Assembly (NCBI GenBank): GCA_026914245.1
Contig: CP110440.1
Coordinates: forward strand, 1,116,001 to 1,180,000
Length of the DNA stretch: 64,000 nucleotides
Origin: Puccinia triticina
Lineage: Eukaryota
Direction: 5' to 3'
Part shown: positions 61,382 through 64,000 of the stretch, piece by piece
Layout: every line of letters begins with the position of its first letter
Position numbering within the stretch: position 1 is the stretch's first letter
Translations under genes and position numbers: made by a program
Notes under the pieces: model-generated
Seen by the model: the letters and a program-made list of their open reading frames with translations, nothing else
What the model was told of the DNA's origin: nothing
The model's database searches: none

Positions 61382-64000
61382 GTCGCCGCCCATCTGGCCA
61401 GAAGCGCCCAGGGTGTGTCGGCGGAGATCCTTGTTGTAGGCCCAGACACTGCGAGGCCCAGTTCGCCAAAGCACGGGCTTACCAACCACCCCACACCCGA
61501 ACTTGGAGCATCTCCAGCAGACTGCTGAGTTTGGCTGGAATCCCAAGCTTCTTTCCCCCACTTCAAACACCTCCACATCCATCCCCCCCTGGCAAGTATC
61601 ATCCTGGAAACGGTGCTGCACATGCTGGCTGGGGGCCTGCACACGCTCCTCACAAAATTCAGAGGGTCCAATTATAAACACCTTTTTGAAATAATTTTGA
61701 AAAACTTGCCCAAAAAAGGAACTGAAGAAATGATCATGTATTTCATTTCAAAAATACTCCAAAAATCCCCAAGACATGCGGGAGGTGTGTTTGGTCCACA
61801 CACTGACCCGCTCCCCCAACCGCTAACAAACACAATGGCCAATCAGCAGCATCAGGGTCCCAATGGGTCTGCCTTGATCCCACCCTATCATCAGCCCCTG
61901 CCAAGTGTGTGCGGCATGGGAGAATCATTCCAAGGCTCCCATTGGGGGGGGGGGGGTTGCTTCTTATATGTCTGTTGGGTTGCTTGAACATGAAACTCTT
62001 GATGTGGTTGCTGATCAACATTCCATAGCCATATGGCCATTAGGTGATTCATGGAGTTGATGAGCGGGGGGGGGGGGGGTATCATCCTGGCACTGGCAGG
62101 TGTGATTTTGGGAACAAATCCAGAAGATCCTTTGGTCTGCCCAGGAGGAGACTGCGGCTGGACAAACACTAGGAAGCTGGAGATTTATTTCAGTGTGCTG
62201 GCATGTACAGTTCAACAGCCTCCACATTTCAGCCTTGTCCGTCTCAAGAACGGCCATGGGTTCCATGCTTGGTACACTGGCTACACACTCATACAGGCTT
62301 CTTGCTCCGGGGGCACTTGGTATTGCATGGATATCTGCACCCAATCTTTTGATTTTTTTTGAAGCATATTTGGAAGAAATTTAATCTTAATTTAATTTCA
62401 TTTTCATTTTAAAATCTTTTTAGTTCATTTCAAAAAAAAAAAAAAAACTCACATTTATGTTTACAATTGCGCCCTTCATATTTTGAGCTCAAAAGATCTG
62501 GATCACCACTTCAGAGTATAGGATGATTGGTGAAGTAATTGTGAGAGTTGGTAGCCAACAAACTGTGAAAATTTAGAACTTTCAGGCACAGGAAATAAGA
62601 GGGCTAAGATGAGTATTGATAAAAACTCAAGGATTGGGGCAGTGAGGATGACTCTCTGCGGCTCAGCGGGGCGTGGAGAAAGAATGAGGAGAACTGATGA
62701 CCTGCAAATTGCTTGTTGTATGCTAGGTTTAAATAGACTAACAACAAGTGGCCAAAATGTGGTTAGAAGAAAAAACAAAAATAGATGAACACATAACAAG
62801 TTTCAAGGATACTATCTTAGAGACTATGCTTGATACGCGTATGACAAAATGTTATCTACTACTCACCGTTCTAGACTACATGGTGTGATAAATTCTGTAC
62901 TAACAAAGATTCTGGCAATGCTTGGGAATGATATTAAACAAGTGTTAGAGGTGAAAGTAAGCAGCAAAATTCCAACACAAACCATAAGATGAAAGCTAAG
63001 ATTGCAGGCTATAAGTCTGTTTACTCAGTATTTTTTATTTTATGAAACACTACATCTGTCACAAAGAAATTGAAAAAAGATTGGTGTTTTTTTATAAGCA
63101 AATCTCAAGTCTGTAGGCTCAATGGTGTGACATTGGAGATGACAGCCTTAGTTAAGCTTGCAGGGCACTCATTCCAAAGCAGCTCCTCCCCTTGGAATTC
63201 ATCCCTCAAGAGAAACTCAGGAACAGAAGCACCACATCTAAAACAAAATCTTTCACCAGAATTACATAGCCTGATCTCTTAGAAATCTCTTTACTGCCTG
63301 ATAGAGTATAATCCATCTCCAATATTTTGAGAAGTACTAGGGAACTTGTGGCAATGCTCTGCAAGTCCTTTGCACTGCATATCTCAAATACCCTGCCAGG
63401 GGTTTGGCAGACGGTTATGAAAACGGTTGACCCAGGGAAAAACATTCCCTGGATTGACTGAAACGTTCCCAAATCAATTGAATTTGGTTGGAGGTTAGCA
63501 AAACTTTTTGGGACTCAAAAACCAACGTTTTCTTGAAAGCCCAAGACATTTCAGACTCAATTGGAAAATTTGGATAACTTGGGTAAAACGGCCTGTATGT
63601 TCAAAGATGTTCTCCAGAACTTCCAAAGTTCATCAAACGTTTGATCAAACTCAGCGCTTGTGCGCAATTGTTTGTTGAAACGTTTGCAATTCCGCCCAGC
63701 TATCCTGCTGTTTGGTTGGAATTGTTTGCCGGGCGCAGACATTTGGACTGTCGCTTTACACAGTGAGGGTCTTGAGTCACTGGCTTCAATTGCAGGGGTT
63801 GAGGGTAACAATCATAACAGGGAGGCATACAAGTGAGATAAAAGGGAGGGAGGGTCTGCCGTGCTACTTAGTCAGAAGGTGGAAGGGTGGATGAGATAGG
63901 ATGCAAAAACTAGGGTTCACTAAAGTTGTTCAGATTGGCTAGCGCCGGGGTTGCTAAGTCTTCACCTCCTTGCTGATGGTAGGCAGTGATTTCTTCTTCT

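Noticed and set aside
57381..61681. Many long overlapping ORFs on both strands
   Set aside because: Expected from stop-codon scarcity at high GC; only the CCCH and NUDCD1 frames carry family motifs.
61700..64000. Fragmentary ORFs near the window end
   Set aside because: Interrupted by stops with no recognisable motif; probably decayed repeats.

Overview
Eukaryotic, intron-rich fungal DNA. Gene and transposon content point to a rust fungus (Pucciniales, Puccinia-like); this is inference. Host genes: NTA1 (-), RTT109 (-), a secreted GH27 alpha-galactosidase-like protein whose catalytic nucleophile Asp reads Ala (+), NAA40/NAT4 (+), SmD1 (-), SEC24 with an N-terminal WW-like motif (+), a tandem CCCH zinc-finger protein (+) and NUDCD1 (-). 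The dominant structure is a 23.9-kb nest of mobile elements at 9550-33473. Its outer shell is an AcademH-type DNA transposon (RecQ-like helicase plus DUF6589-type transposase, 9-bp TSD GTCGGTCGG, about 7.0 kb once insertions are removed). Three elements sit inside it. (1) A complete 9.76-kb CxC1-KDZ (Kyakuja/Zisupton-type) transposon with 220-bp TIRs, an 8-bp TSD and an HMG-like cargo gene, inserted at nucleotides 3-10 of the AcademH left TIR. (2) A 1.9-kb long-TIR element with a TA TSD, inside the helicase. (3) A Ty1/copia retrotransposon inside the transposase. Intergenic regions hold many MITEs: hAT types with 8-bp TSDs, a Tc1/mariner type with TA, a Harbinger type with TTA, and five with an unusual AAT/ATT 3-bp TSD. 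All calls come from manual motif reading and hand alignment; no database searches were run, and exon boundaries are approximate.
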